A stretch of 64,000 bases of DNA from Laetmonice hystrix (taxonomy: Eukaryota): NCBI GenBank assembly GCA_965235115.1, contig OZ249436.1, positions 50,966,001-51,030,000 of the forward strand, in the 5' to 3' direction. The translations under genes and the position numbers were made by a program. Positions 1 to 29,107 of this stretch are shown piece after piece. The number at the start of each line of letters is the position of its first letter. The first letter of the stretch is position 1. The notes under the pieces were generated by a model. That model saw only the letters and a list, made by a program, of their open reading frames with translations, was not told where the DNA came from and made no database searches.

Positions 1-3000
1 TACCCTAACCCAAACACACTGTCTCGCATCTCGCATGTCGTCGCCGGTATTCCATAGCCATATGTGTGCCTGTTTCTGATTGGCTGTATGATAATGGGGG
101 GTCCAGAACTAATGTGGGAAAAAAATTTTCGCGACCCGGCCATGTATAAACTGCACATGGCGCATATCTAAATGCTACAGTGCGTTCAGCTTCTGGTCTA
201 TAGCTATACCGACATTTGCTTCCCTGTGTGATAGCTAAGACAGCGTACTCGGTCTGAGTCTATAGCTAAGACATACATGGCAGGCAGTGTTCGAATCGTG
301 GCTCCCTCGTCCCTGGATGCACACACACACAACCCGCAGAAAGAAGTATTTGTTTACCATGGTACAGGCGGTACCGTTATGGAAACATCATATCCCTGGA
401 TAGAGTGGAATAAAAACGGGGTACGTTTCTGTGGCTAAAGAACACACACAGCGTATGAGCCCAGATGATGCCCTGGCTCTAGTCCCTGACTGGGGTTCAT
501 TCCGTTTATATTCTTGTACTATTTTACACCATTTCATGACACCCTGGATATATCACAGAAGACTATCATTAATATTAACTACTTGAGGCAGGCATATTAG
601 GAGAACAGTGTATATTTGCACACCCAGGTTGAAGGAGGATCTGGATGTTAAAAAGGTTAGTTCATTTAATAAAAGTCCAGTAAAAGTCCACCCTTATCAC
701 CTCAGCCTACATTTGAAGTTTACATGTCATCTTTGCCTATTAGAGATTCCACATTAAGCCGTCGAATTGAATGGCTGGGAGCTATACGTACCGCCCATAT
801 AGTCAGAATGAATCGGAGGGTTATACAGTCCCTGTAAACACATCTATTCAAACATTCCAATCGTATCTCCAGGGAAAAGTCGGCAATAAAAGGGTCACGT
901 GACTCATCGGGCATGCGCAGTTGGTGGTATCTCGCGCTCTGTCACGTGACGACTGTATTTGAACGTGGCTCTCCCTATAGCAGCACGTATATAAGTCACA
1001 AGTATAGAAAGGTGAGGAACCATGGGATGTTCGATGGACTTCCGAGGTTGTTTTTGGAGGTTTACTGTTTTCTTTGTTGTGCTTTTGTTTTTATTGGGGG
1101 AAGGGAGTTTCACGGAGATCTATTAAACACTCCCTACCTTCATACTGAGCTGGAACCACCCACCCGACAAATAATCTATCTTTACCTGGGTTTCTCTTTT
1201 ACTGAAATTTCAACGATTTCTCATTTCATTTTGTTTATTGGTCCTAATATATGTACAATATAGAGGACTAGGTTGAGGAGGGGGTCTAGTGGATCGACCC
1301 CCCCCCCCCAATTATAATTATCTTCCTGCATGGTCCCCATAAGATTTCAATTCAATTAGTGAACGATTACATCTCGATCTACAAACATCCACAAACAGTC
1401 AAACTAGCTTGTCAAAATTAGCCTGCAATTTCCACTCCGTGCTGTAGCACGTTCCTGGACCCGAGAGCGTGTTTCAAGACAACGACAGGAGTGGATCAAC
1501 CTTGTTTCCCTGCCAGATTTCCGTTCATGGCGGCCATTACGTGACTGAACTGCCAATCCATGGATTATGCTTGAGATAGGAAGCCAGATAATGAGACGAC
1601 ACAAGCGCCCCCTGCCGACGGCTTGCCTCAGTACCGTCACGAACCGGTCACAAATACTGGCACCAAGAGGTGACCCTGACGTGACCTTGAGATGACCTTG
1701 AGATGACCGAGATGTGAGGCATGACCACACCCAGAACCTGTGTAAAGGCCCAAAGCAGAGGGCATTGGGGGGGGGGGGGACATTACCTATAATGCGTACT
1801 GATTATAGAAAAAAATTAGTTGCCGATTCAAGGAGGATTTTCGCTGAACGTCACTCTAGGGCTCAAGATACGTTATCAATGTATTTGGCTGGTATGGGTC
1901 CCTTAACAAAACATCGATTTCATTGTTTCATAGGACACTGACTTGGTGGGTTTGCTGATAGTGTACTTTTGACCTAACATAATTTTTTATTTGCTTGAGG
2001 TTAAGACAATCTCGTAAAGAAGTACCCGTAAACTTTGTCAGAAATCTAGTCTACATTTCGCACAGTTACTACAAGTTTGCATAAAAAAGTCTCTTTGAGT
2101 GCGAGGGAGCAGTTAATAGTATATCTCTGTACTCCAGGATGAAGCTGGGAGACAGATCGTCATTACTGCGCCTGACATTGGATGTCCACTCGGAGAGTTT
2201 CTCTCCGAGACCACGTGATGTCATTTCAAGTTCTTGATTCGCTCTGCATTCATAGATACGGCGTGGGCGCTGTGTCGGCCTGGTTGTGTTTACTGTAGAT
2301 ACGGCGTGGGCGCTGTGTCGGCCTGGTTGTGTTTACTGTAGATTAACCGTGAGGAAACACGCTCGCCTTTGATGTCGTTGCTGAAGACGTCACTAATGCT
2401 CATCCCAGGGTAAAAGATTAAAATGATGAAGAGGATTTGCATAATACTACTTTTGAAGTAATAGAAAAAGACGCCAGCCGACCTGGACATTAACATGAGC
2501 TTGTTTCACTAAAAAAAGTAGTAATTATTTGCATCGTAGGTTCCTAAGCTCGGCGACACATTTATATTATTTCAATTGCGGCTGGAATAAATGTAAATCC
2601 AGAGAAATCCGTACCAATATACACCCATACACTTCCGCCGACATACCAAAGCGTCCAAATACGGCTGACATACTGCTATAATATTCTGACTGAGGCCTTA
2701 ATTGGGTCGCTAAAAGAGTTATAAGATCCTTGATTTATTCCGCGTTTAATCGATTTTTCTCTTCTTCTCCGTCACTGACACATTGCCCACACAGATCCAT
2801 AAGTTATTCCTAAGAGCACAAAAAATGATTAAGGAACCAATGCTAGACGTTTCTTCATTGTAGAAGTATGAGATTAGAGATCAGAAAATACAAACTGAAG
2901 GAACAGAATGGTGAGGAATGTGTCGACAACAGCTCTCCTTCAAATGCTCTCACTTCAAGACCAGGACCTTATATACTGTTGGACAACAAAATGGACGAGG

Positions 3001-3159
3001 CGCATTAATTTCAATACATACCAAGGGGGAAGAAATAAAAAGTCGGGCATACCCGTGGATGTGTTAAGTTTGGACATTTCAATGTTGACGTGAGCCGTGC
3101 ACGGTCAACCTGGACAACCTTTATTTCTTTGATCCATGAATACCTCACAATCCGAACAA

Positions 3160-3312
3160 ATTTTATGTTAAACTCTTTTATAATTCTCTATTTGAAATGA
3201 TTCAGCTATCCATATGTTTCATGATCTGAACATATTTTATGTTAAACTCTTTTATAATTCTCTATTTGAAATGATTCAGCTATCCATATGTTTCATGATC
3301 TGAACATATTTT
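3160..3312. repeat. 74-bp tandem duplication
   Basis: ATTTTATGTTAAACTCTTTTATAATTCTCTATTTGAAATGATTCAGCTATCCATATGTTTCATGATCTGAACAT occurs twice. Confidence 0.9.
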
Positions 3313-6300
3313 AATGGGCACCTGGCTGTTCGGTTAAAGGATGTGTGACTGTACAAGGTTAGAATCTAGCTATGGGTAGGCTTCTTTTTGTCACCATCAA
3401 ATGCATGGAGGATAATCTTGCAATGAACGGTTTTCAGCGTTAACAAACATACACTGGAGATAAAGAAATTTCCATCTCTCTGATAGTTTTGGCAGATTGC
3501 ATATCGTATAGCCATTACATCGTTTGATACCTTTTATAGAAAGCGAGAAACTAATACCTCTAACCCCTTCCTATGTGAGTTTTGCTGTCAAGCATTACAG
3601 TTCAGATGAAACCCTGTCTTTGAAAATACATTTGCTATTAGCATATGACGGCTGTTATATATTCGACAAAGCCCGTTGGCGACACGACGCCCACAAGTTA
3701 TTTGATGTGTGATTATGGTCTGATGTGCGTTTACGTAGATCCTCATTGGCTAGGATCAGGACGTCACGTGACTAAGTCCCGGATGTCACAGACGGGCGTT
3801 AAGAGCTTTATGGTGCAGGTTATGCTTTTAGTCACCCACGGTCAGTCTCAGCTTGAGACTTAAGGACTGTGAATAACTCTACATGTCAAACGCTGTGTGA
3901 GCCTGGCTTTAGGCGTGTTCGCCCCCACAACTAAAGAATATTTCTGCCGTAAACCTTTCGCATAATAAGAACGTTTACGTGAGTAGTCCCGAATATTAGC
4001 TTGGTCGAAGGGCCCTATTCACAAGTGTTTCCCTATGCCTAAAACGCCAAAGGGACTTATATCATATCTTGCAACAGCGATGAGAATAATGATGGCCGTC
4101 GCATAAAAAGACATTTTCATTTCTCTAGTCTCGGTATATCATTCAGCTTGCTAACATGTTCTTCGAGCTTAATATTCCCTGAAGGCCTTTTTTCGATCCA
4201 TATGTAATTTAAAGAGGACTTCTGCTTATGATTGTATGGGTTTATTCTGCGTGTATGTACGATCTGAATTGCAGATACGGATCTAAAGGATTTGTGGCCT
4301 CCGAGCGACAAGAAGAGGACGTCGAAGGGCATCCGCGGAATGCCACTTTGACGTCACCTATAGCGGTGGTGGTCTACAGCGGAAGTAATTTCATGCCACG
4401 ACAACTGTACACGTGGGAATGAGCGTCGATACATTCAGCAGTAGACGAAGGTCGTATATTACAGCTTATTGCCTACTCAAAACGTAGTGACATTTCCGGC
4501 AAGGGTGTGGTGTTGGGAGGGCACATACCAATGTGGTGCAGCATGGTATCAGCTCCGAATAATCCATCTTCTACTTGAATATCTTACCGGTCAACAAACC
4601 CCAACAATGCCCTAGGCTAAGTGTTGTCAAGTTTTTAAATTTCTGCCGCACATTCTGAAAATATATTCTGATCAAGGATGGCCTATACAGGATGTAATTA
4701 TTTTAAAGCTCTATGCCTTTTTCGCCATATTTGAGCGAACAGCTATTTATAGACAAGTCTGGCGAACCAGAAGGTGATTTCTCTGCGCGTCCTCGGACCG
4801 CGTCTTCCTATTGGCTGACGAGGGTAATGAACGGAGCAGTCGCAAAGGCCACTCTCCTGCCCAGGGGGAATCACTGTCGCCGGGACGCAGGCTCAGCCAG
4901 ACCTTAATATTGGATTGTGACGACACCAAGGTCTCACTTGATTTCCGTTAGCATTTTGTCCAATCTTCAATCCAACGACTGGGCCATTGTATATAGGGCC
5001 TATCTGGCGCAGGGAGCGATTTATTTCTCATTTTGAAACGACGATAATGTGTGTTGGTCACCTGAGGGTTAGAAATATAGATATAAATAGCTCACGACTC
5101 TCGACAGTTGACGGGGTTCTCCACCAAGGGGGACGGGTGTAGTCATCCTCGTAATCCACATCCTCATAAGAAGTCTCGGATATAATTTTTTTTTTAAATC
5201 GCACTTTTTGCTCGTCATCAATGGGGGTAGAGCTCTTTTATGACAATACATTCACCGAAGCCGATTCACGTTCGGGGGAGGGGTACCATCGTTCTCCATG
5301 CACTTTCAGTTTCTCAGGCGCCGCGTCTGGGTCTTAAAGTGCCTTCAGTCTTGAAATGACTCTCGTGCAAAAGCAATAAAACATTATTGATGACGATTGA
5401 AGTCAGAGGCACAGAGCTCGACAATCGCGAGGATCAGCCGTTACTGAAACCTTATTCTATAACTTTAGATTGCCTCTAGAAAAAAAGAAGGCATTATCAA
5501 AACTGATAGCATCTTATATTGTTGTAAACTTATTACTCATCGGGGGCATAGGCCCCGTATATCTAAACGTTGATGCATGGGGCTAATAACGGTCGCCAGA
5601 GATCATGATAAAAGTGGCATTTCGCCCCTCTCAGATTTTGCAGGCCATACTTTCTTCAGCAGTATACTTTCTGCAACAGAATGGAACTTACATAGATTAT
5701 ATGACAGATTTGACAACTTTGAACATCACCCTGCTGTTCCCAGGCATCGACGCTGCTTGCCTCAGGTCAACCAAAATGTCGATCCTCCTCGAGTATGGGC
5801 ACTTTAGCACGGACTGTCGATAATAACAACTCGCGTCGTGTCTCCTACATGTCCCGATAGATGGCGGTACTGACCGCAGTCACATGACCTTGTTAAACCT
5901 GTAGTACGTCACCCCACCGGAAGCGGACCACCTACATGCTTATTGAAGCATGCGCGGTAGCCGACATGACAGAAGCTATACTTTGGTCACGCCGCGTACA
6001 TACAGATGTTTGCTAATATCGGGCACGTCTCACCGCTCAATCATACAATGTCAGGCCGTCAGAAGTTAGACTGGAGGGGATGGAAATCTCCGACCCGTCG
6101 GACGCTATCCCCTGAAGGTCTCACCTTTATTATGGTCAGATAATTATTCAGATAATACAATCTTCCAACCTCAGCAGCTGGGGCACGGCGCACCTTATCG
6201 ATCTTCATGTTGGCTGCCATCATTAATCTTAATCTTCCTTCCCTAATTCATCTCCATCACTAGATTTACTCCAGCGTGGCAGCGTGCCTTCATACAGTAT

Positions 6301-6738
6301 AGTAAACGCCACTGCTTGCTTGAAGGCAAGTCGTAATTTGATGCTCGGAATAGACATATATATTCACTCTGCGTCTGGTTAGTCTATAGCTCGGTAGATG
6401 AAATAAGACAAGACTGGTAATTTCAGCCACCTAATTTTATCCTCATTATCTGAGCATGCGGAAACACCACGATTAGGCTATGAATTGCAAAGGTTATGAT
6501 ATAACATGCGCCCCATTTCACATAAGTTACTGAGATATTGGCTTTTAGTGTTACAGTGAACGAAGGCGCATTAATCGTTCGATGTGATATCGTCAATAAA
6601 GAGAAATGGTAAGACAAAAAACGTAACGGGGACTGGTCTCAATATATAGCTGTGCACAGCGGTTTCCACCAAGGCCTGGTAAGTTCACAGATTGTAGAGT
6701 AGTGACTCAGATTAGTGCCGACACGTGGAAAGGTGTTA

Positions 6739-6986
6739 AGGCCAACACACACACTGCGATTACCCATCGCACGACGGTCTCACGACGGTCTCACAACGGT
6801 CCGTCGCTATGGCAATGAGTGGCCTGCAACAGCCTGCGACGGTCGCAGACGTTCTGACAGTGCCAGAACCTCTGCGACCGTCGCAAGACTCCATTCCGTC
6901 CTGTATAGATGAGCTCGGGTCAAAAACTGGGTCACGACGGTCGCGTCGCAAGGAGTTGCAAGCAGTCGCAGTGTGTGTGTTGGCCT
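6739..6986. mobile_element. PIF/Harbinger-like MITE
   Basis: Perfect 21-bp TIR AGGCCAACACACACACTGCGA, flanked by TTA on both sides; internal GACGGTC/TCGCA subrepeats. Confidence 0.8.
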
Positions 6987-7024
6987 TTACTTCCTGGGGG
7001 TTAATATTTGGATCATGATCCGCC

Positions 7025-7159
7025 TCAGGGCCCGGTTCACCAACAAAGTCAAGTCAATTTTAATTAACTTGAAATCCATTTTAACCAGTCAGATTCAAGT
7101 AAAATTGACTTCAAGTCAATTAAAATTGACTTGACTTTTGTTTGTGAACTGGGCCCTGA
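7025..7159. mobile_element. Small palindromic MITE-like element (GGGCCC-terminus family)
   Basis: TCAGGGCCCGGTTCAC...GTGAACTGGGCCCTGA termini; the interior is almost fully self-complementary (AAGTCAAGTCAATTTTAATT / AATTAAAATTGACTTGACTT). Confidence 0.7.
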
Positions 7160-7760
7160 TCTACCCAACAGCATTGGGCGATTACCTGGATGCATTGAGA
7201 CAACATAAAAAGCAAAAAATGACATCTTATAAAAATGCAAGTTGTTAAAATGATGGGTCACTGTACCAACTCTTTTATATACAGATACTACAAGACAGAA
7301 ACGTAACGAGCGCTGGTCTCAATGATTGTGATGGCCCTATAGGGTATCGTAAAATAAGTGACTCTGTGTCATCCTAGAGCGTTGCTGAACGAAGATTCCA
7401 TGATCAAACCTGACAACCTGCAGCGAACTATAAGCCACCCGTCCGTCGCCAAGCAATATAAGCCCATACGCTCAGCATAGAGGTGCCCCATTGAGGCATT
7501 TTATAAAGATCCAATCAAGCCACATACAATTTGTGTCACGTCTTTAGGAGCGCAGCTTGTTATTTCGTTTTACAAATGTGTGGTGCGTGGCATGCCAAAC
7601 AGAATGTGCGCTGCAGGATATTCCAATTGTGACACTAACTTTGACACGGGCTAAATCTACAAGCCATTCTACGCTAAGCCATGCACTGACGCTGTGAACT
7701 CTGGGCTGGTGCTCAGGCCAGACAGCTTGGCTTCCTGTTCGGAATTCCAAGCGTGTCTCT

Positions 7761-9019
7761 CCAGGTCTGCAGCATGGCCCTGCCCCTGGGGCGGTATCAG
7801 TTTGGGGTGGGTGAGGCCTGAGGACCCAGGTCTGCAGCATGGCCCTGCCCCTGGGGTTGTATCAGATCGGGGTGGGGAGGCCTGAGGCCCCAGGTCCGCA
7901 GCATGGCCCTGTCCCTGGGGCGGTATCAGATCGGGGTGGGGAGGCCTGAGGACTTAGGTCTGCAGCATGGCCCTGTCCCTGGGGCGGTATCAGATCGGGG
8001 TGGGGAGGCCTGAGGTCTGCAGCATGGCCCTGTCCCTGGGGCGGTATCAGATCGGGGTGGGGAGGCCTGAGGTCTGCAGCATGGCCCTGTCCCTGGGTAG
8101 ATCGGGGTGGGGAGGCCTGAGGCCCCAGGTCTGCAGCATGGCCCTGTCCCTGGGGCGGTATCAGATCGGGGTGGGGAGGCATGAGGCCCCAGGTCTGCAG
8201 CATGGTCCTGCCCCTGGGGCGGTATCAGATCGGAGTGGGGAGGCCTGAGGACCCAGGTCTGCAGCATGGCCCTGCCCCTGGGGCGGTATCAGATCGGGGG
8301 GGGGGGGGAGGCCTGAGGTCTGCAGCATGGCCCTGTCCCTGGGGCGGTATCAGATCGGGGTGGGGAGGCCTGAGGTCTGCAGCATAGCCCTATCCCTGGG
8401 TAGATCGGGGTGGGGAGGCCTGAGGACCCAGGTCTGCAGCATGGCCCTGCCCCTGGGCCGGTATCAGATCGGGGTGGGGAGGCCTGAGGACCCAGGTCTG
8501 CAGCATGGTCCTGTCCCTGGGGTGGTATTAGATCGGGGTGGGGAGGCCTGAGGACTTAGGTCTGCAGCATGGCCCTGCCCCTGGGGTGGTATTAGATCGG
8601 GGTGGGGAGGCCTGAGGACTTAGGTCTGCAGCATGGCCCTGTCCCTGGGGCGGTATCAGATCGGGATGGGGAGGCCTGAGGACCCAGGTCTGCAGCATGG
8701 CCCTGCCCCTGGGGTGGTATCAGATCGGGGTGGGGAGGCATGAGGCCCCAGGTCTGCAGCATGGCCCTGTCCCTGGGGCGGTATCAGATCGGGATGGGGA
8801 GGCCTGAGGACCCAGGTCTGCAGCATGGCCCTGCCCCTGGGGCGGTATCAGATCGGGGTGGGGAGGCCTGAGGTCGGTGTATCAGATCGGGGGGTGGGGA
8901 GGCCTGAGGTCGGTGTATCAGATCGGGGGGTGGGGAGGCCTGAGGTCGGTGTATCAGATCGGGGGGTGGGGAGGCCTGAGGTCGGTGTATCAGATCGGGG
9001 TGGGGAGGCCTGAGGTCGG
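7761..9019. repeat. GC-rich minisatellite, about 63-bp unit with shorter variants, ending in four ~33-bp units
   Basis: Repeated CCAGGTCTGCAGCATGGCCCTG(T/C)CCCTGGGGCGGTATCAGATCGGGGTGGGGAGGCCTGAGGAC. Confidence 0.95.
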
Positions 9020-10327
9020 CAAGAGGACGGCCTGGTACTCGTGAAAGTCCATCTTCTTCAGACTAAGCCCATCTTGAGTGGTCAAGGGGCATCGCGCATC
9101 CTGCATTCTATCCCTTGATCTCGGCCCAGGCTAAACTGTTGGAGGTTGACCTTGAGGTCAACCTCATGAATATTAATAGGACCTGGCATCGGCGTCATAG
9201 ACTCGCCACTAACACTAATTAATGGTCTTCCCCGTGGCGTAGACTTTCTTGCGAAAATGCCTGATAATGTGCTTTTGCCTTGACCGCTGTGGGTCAAGTA
9301 AGGCCTAATCTGTGAGGAATGGAATATGCAAGGAGCTTTTTTTTAAAATTCAAACATAAATGTCTTTTAAGATATTGTGAAGGGAGTACTACAAAGTTAT
9401 AGGCCCTAGTTAATGAACAAGATATGGGGGGGGGGGCTGATCCAGACATTTGAGAAGAGGCTACAGGGACTAACCTCGGCAAACCTCTGAGAGCCGAAAA
9501 CCCTCCCCCGAAAAAAAAACGGATGTCGAAGGCCAGAAAAGTCACTTCCCGGCATCTGGAGATAACTTACGGGTGGAAATAGACCTATATGACAAGTTTC
9601 TGGGGGGTTGACAGGGGGAGTGACCTAGCTACGGTCCTGGTAGGACATACTTTTAAATCGATTCGTGGAGTTCTCATGGTAAACACATGAATTCGCCTCC
9701 ACCGCAATACTGCCATCTGGTGGAAAGATTGAAAACATACAAACTTGTACCTATAAGATTACAACACCCACGTTGGCACGAGCAAGTCCGTCTTTAGCCT
9801 ACAATCTGGAAATTGTAGGATCTTTGAAAGACCACGGTGGGCGGTATTCCAGCAAAGAAAACAGAAGGGGGGGGGGACACCTGGCTCAAGTAACAAACAA
9901 TATAAAATCTTATTTTGCCCCCCTGTCTCCACTCCCCCCCCCCCATCCTTGTTTACTGTTTGAGCTGGAGCCTGATTATAACCCAGTAATCGATACCTCA
10001 CTAGGCCTATAGAATGATCCAGGTAAATTAAGGTTAATTTTATCATAAAATATCTTACGGATGTCCTTATATTATAAAATGTCCTTGGGCCCTCGCCTTT
10101 AATTTAGGCCTAAAACAGATTAATAACGTTAACAAGGTTTTCATGAATTTAATGCAATTATGCTAGATTAACTTTTAAATTGCATTAATATTTTGAGCAT
10201 GCCTAAATACGTCTTCACTGTTTCCACTAGCTGTGGTTTTCTGACGTGCCAGTAGATGGAGCCTGAGCATGGGCCTCTGTGGTGCAGCTGTTATATAAAT
10301 ATTAGTGGCCATGCTATCGGGCTCCCT

Positions 10328-10443
10328 TTTATTTATTTATTTATTAATTTATTAATTTATTTATTCATTCATTTATTTATTTATTTATTTATTTATATAA
10401 TTATATATTTATTTATTTATTTATCCCGTTATTTATCTATTTA
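10328..10443. repeat. Degenerate (TTTA)n microsatellite
   Basis: TTTATTTATTTA... run; explains the LFIYLFI ORF at 10256. Confidence 0.85.
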
Positions 10444-13400
10444 CTTGGGCCTACTGACTCACTCTATCTATCCCTGTCGATCTATCTCTATGTCTCGCCG
10501 GGGTACGTTCTGTATGGCAGAGTTTTCCCCAGGTCTTAAACTAAAACATTTCTCTGAATTATTATCTGAAGCGAGAACCATTATTTTCCTGTATTTTTCA
10601 AAATATTGACGATTTAAGCCTCGCCCCCTATAACCTGGAGCGTACGGGTATCTCTAGTACAGAGCTCGGTGCACTGTTACCGACACCGTCCCAGGACAGA
10701 ATTGATCGGAACCTGGATGTCGACTTCTGACATTTCCCAGCGATTTCAAGCTCTGTCTCTTGTCCCGTTCCGCTTGGCGGCCGTCGTACGACTGCTGAAT
10801 GTCACTCCACTCACACAACGGTTGTGTGATCGACTGCTGTGGTACGCACAAACCCGTCAGTTTTGCCATATTCCAATGCACTGCAGCAGCATCAGGTCTA
10901 ATCCACGCGATATCTATCAAGGGGGAGGGGGTAATTAAAATAGCCAGAACACTTTTTGGGAGTTTCCAACCCACCCGCACCACCACCCCCACCCCCACAA
11001 GAAAAAAGGAAAAGAGAAGAAAAAGAGAAACGGGCCTGCAGGAAACGTGATCCCGAAGGGAAGGCCCAATCCCCTTCTGCCCTACAATATAGGCTCGAGA
11101 CCGAGACCTTGGGCATAAATCTCATCTCAATGCTCCCTGCTCACCTAGCTATCACGAGAGTATCTGTTCAGTCCTTACAGCACCACCTGGAACATTACTG
11201 GTTCGAAGAAAGAAAATGGCGGGGGGAAACTGCAATGTTCACGTGCTGATTAAACCGATTTGTCGTCACAATCAATCGCCTCGGAAGTCAAGTCATATAT
11301 TACCCAACAATAGGAAGATAACTTGATATATTTATACATCGACAAATGAAGTAAGCGATTTGGTTGTGACATTATAGACCTACACTAGTATTTAACTCCC
11401 CCAACTTCTTTTCTGGTGAAGTGCTGGTATTGGATCCCATAAAACGCCGATAGAAAATCAATGTGGATGATGAGACAATTACTAGCTTCAGCTTCCCCCA
11501 AATCGATGTTTTCTGGCAGGGAAGAAGAGATCGTTTTATAACACTAGAGCCTCTGGAAGCCACTGATAGGTAGACTGAATGGCCAAGATACGCCATGAAT
11601 TAGAACTGTAAATGGTAAATCAATAGGAGAATGGCAGGAATTTGTCCATCTATATCTTCGCATCCGTTCAATAAGCCTAAACCCTTCCGGTACAAGGTAA
11701 GATATTTCACACAAAAATTCAGGACAGAAAATACCTCAAACACCGGAAGTGGATTATTTGAATCACTGTAGGCAGGCGAAGCCACCCACCGACCATATAG
11801 ACCTACATCCGCCCATCACATCTGGAAGAGAAAGGGGGTTAGAAAAAAGTTTAAATACACCGGTTTATTGATCAAGTGCACTTCACCGGTACAATGTAAA
11901 CGTTTCTCGTGCAGCAAAGCCAATAACCCCCCCCCCCCCCCAATCACCACAACCACTACCTCCCCAGTAGGCACGCGTACACTCGCCCCCAGAGTCCATA
12001 CCTGAGTACCCCGTTGTATGTACCATTATGTCTGTACGGTTATTGGGGGAGTTACCAGGTTACGATACAAGTTACGAAAAGTAGTTCAGATCACGCCGTG
12101 ATCTCCGGGAACAAACTGCTCGCCAGGGTATGTGCGCAGTATTGACTGCTCATGCGCGAACAACCGTGACGGACACGGAACAACTGGATCATACAACAAG
12201 TTTCAGTGTCTGACCGCTTCTATCTGCTGATAACAGACAACCGTGGAAGTGTCAGTCCCGCTGCATGTGCTCTCTGTAAGGTCTGAATACTTCACAAGGA
12301 TGTGGAGGTGTACAATCGTAACCAAGTACACACGACGGTCGGATCGCCACCGTCAGAACTTTATGAAGGTTCTCTGAGGCGTTGTGTCCAGATCCATCGT
12401 CACGTAATACCCAACGGTTAGGTAAAGGTCATACAACTTGACATGGAATCCCAGGGGTATTGGCTGAGGATCAGAAGTTCGCAGGTGGGTGTATTTTACT
12501 TATAGTTGTCGTCCTAACCAAAAAAGTTGTCTTCGTTATAAGACAAAGAAAGGTTTTAACAGTTTTTAGTACGGAAGTTGGACGCATCTGTGAGTCACCC
12601 CCCCCCCCGCCCCCTGAAATCGTTCTTAGTGTTAGGGCCTACCAAAGGGGATAACCTTTTCTAAACAAGATCGTATTCCTTCTGGTAAAAAGTGAGCAAT
12701 ATCATTAGGTGTATTCTAAAATGTACGGTAATTGTCTACGGTTTATGAAAGGTAAGGTAACGAAAAAGTAAGGTTCAAAGTATTTCCAACGTAATGATAT
12801 ATCTAGTACAATTTTGCCAAGATAAGGTTTTGAACAGGCTCTTGAGGTGCCCATAGTTATTTTCGCCTTACCACGAAAGAGATGCTGACGTGTGAAAACC
12901 CCTGAAGTTAACTTCTACATTGTCTTCCGGGGGAAAACAATGCCATCACTGCTCACATGGTATTGGCAGTGACCTGTCAGGTCGAGTGTGCCAGGGAATC
13001 CGAATCAAGCTAGGTCTCATGAGAGAAAACTGCTCCATGAGGTCACGCTCAGTGGATGCAACGAGGCCTTGCACCCCGGACGAGGCAAGACAACCGTATA
13101 ACGGCATGATTGAAACGCACAGGGGTGTGAATGTGCTGCACGGAATGCTACCCCACCCTCCCCCACCCTACCCCACCCTCCCATACCACCCAGCCAGCCA
13201 GGCGTCCCTGACCGAGATAATGTAACACTCGTCTGCCATGAAACATGTTTGAGCCGTAAGCAGGAGCATCGACTGGCACTTTCCCGATGTCAGACAGGCC
13301 GACTAGACATGAATTATTCCCAAGAATTTCCATCAAGGGATTTGTGTAACAATTCCCCTAGTAAACAAGTCCAGTTCACTGATCTCAAACAGTTGCTACG

Positions 13401-13561
13401 ATTGGCAGAGACTTTTCCTTGATGTTGTTTAGATAATAACTAATCTGTTTTCTGAAATCCATTTCGAAAAGAGATACACAGCGATCATGTTGTGATATAA
13501 TAGGCCCAGTGACGTCATGTTGGTAGTAGACAAATATTATGTAACATGTAATTTTCCAGAT

Positions 13562-27665
<14,104 letters not shown>

Positions 27666-29107
27666 GTCTATGGAGCGAGCAGAGCACATCGAGAGAGGAC
27701 CAAAAGAGATCACTCGGTGACGTCAGAATATAGAAGGCGAGCGTCGAATGGTATTGATTGTCGCCAGAGGGCGCATCCGTCGCTCTCAGTTGAGCGAGAA
27801 CCTCCATTTGTCAAGCGATTGAAGAAAATGTTTAATTTGCTGTCCGTTACATTTTAAATTATGTTTCACCTATTGAGTTTGGCTTTTTTAATGCTCGTTT
27901 CGTTATTTCGATTGCCCCCCCCCCCCTTCAGAAGAAGGTCCTCTTTATTGGCATCTGTTCATGAATTTCCATCTGTAGTGACAGGCCTGAATTCTGAATC
28001 TCCACACCGGGTGTAAACTCTTCCAATAAAGCAGTAGCGGACCTTCTACATGTAAACGGTCTAGGTGCAAAACGTTGTGGGGATAACAGTATATTTCTGC
28101 CAAATATTAACAATTGCGTTTAAGCTAGTTTATCATACTCTTCATGCATGTATTCATTTAGGATACTATTTAGTATAATAGGTCGTGTGATAAGATGATA
28201 ATGTTGCCCCATACCTGTAACAGTATGCCTGTTATCTATACTAGCATGCATGGTTGATGGCATTGTAACACTCGGTGCATCTGTTGGACGTCTGCTTGAA
28301 GGTTTGGAGATTTTCATTAAATATGATACTCAATTATAATCTATGCGATTTTTTTACTTTTATCATGATTATGAAGCCGTCCTCTGTCTTTTCAAAAAGG
28401 GATGTCATTCCTCTATAGATATGCATGGGCCTCGAACATATTATTTAATCATCTTTAGGCCTACTAATGTGAAGACAACATGATCGTATTAATTCTGTCG
28501 CCAATAAGAGGGCTGGCACAATGGCCAACAAGGCGTGACTCCATCAGTAAGCAAGTTGACGTGCATATAATCCTTCTCGTTGCGTTCTGTTCTAATGTTG
28601 CCGTTTCCCGTCAGATGGCGGTATTGCATCGGCTGCAGGTAAACTATCCATAAGGTAAACCAGAGATGGTAAACTACACTGACCGTGCGCCGAGCTTGCA
28701 CTGATCATGAAGCTGATATCGTACCTTACCTTTATTATCAAAAACACAGTAACTAATGCCCGGTGCACTACACGATTTTCAGTCGGGAATCGGCTATGAT
28801 CTGAGCAATCGCCGATAACTTGAGACTGACAGTCGCGTAGTGTGCATGTAATCGGCGACTAGATTATTTCCGAGTCGGCCGAATATTTGAGTCGGCCGAC
28901 TGCTCGACTGCCAAATTTCGCACAATGGGAGCACATCAGTCGGCCGATTTTTCTCAATCGCTGGGAAAAGGTCGGCCAAACAGAAAATGAAATTTAATAC
29001 GCTGACCAATCAAATCAGGCTATACGCTGGTCACCAGGCCTGTCATGGGCGCAATCATAGCTGACGCGTTCTACTCTTGTGTATTATGATCCCTCATTTC
29101 TTCTTCT

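Noticed and set aside
7544..9013. Pro/Gly-rich ORFs on both strands
   Set aside because: Translations of the GC-rich minisatellite.
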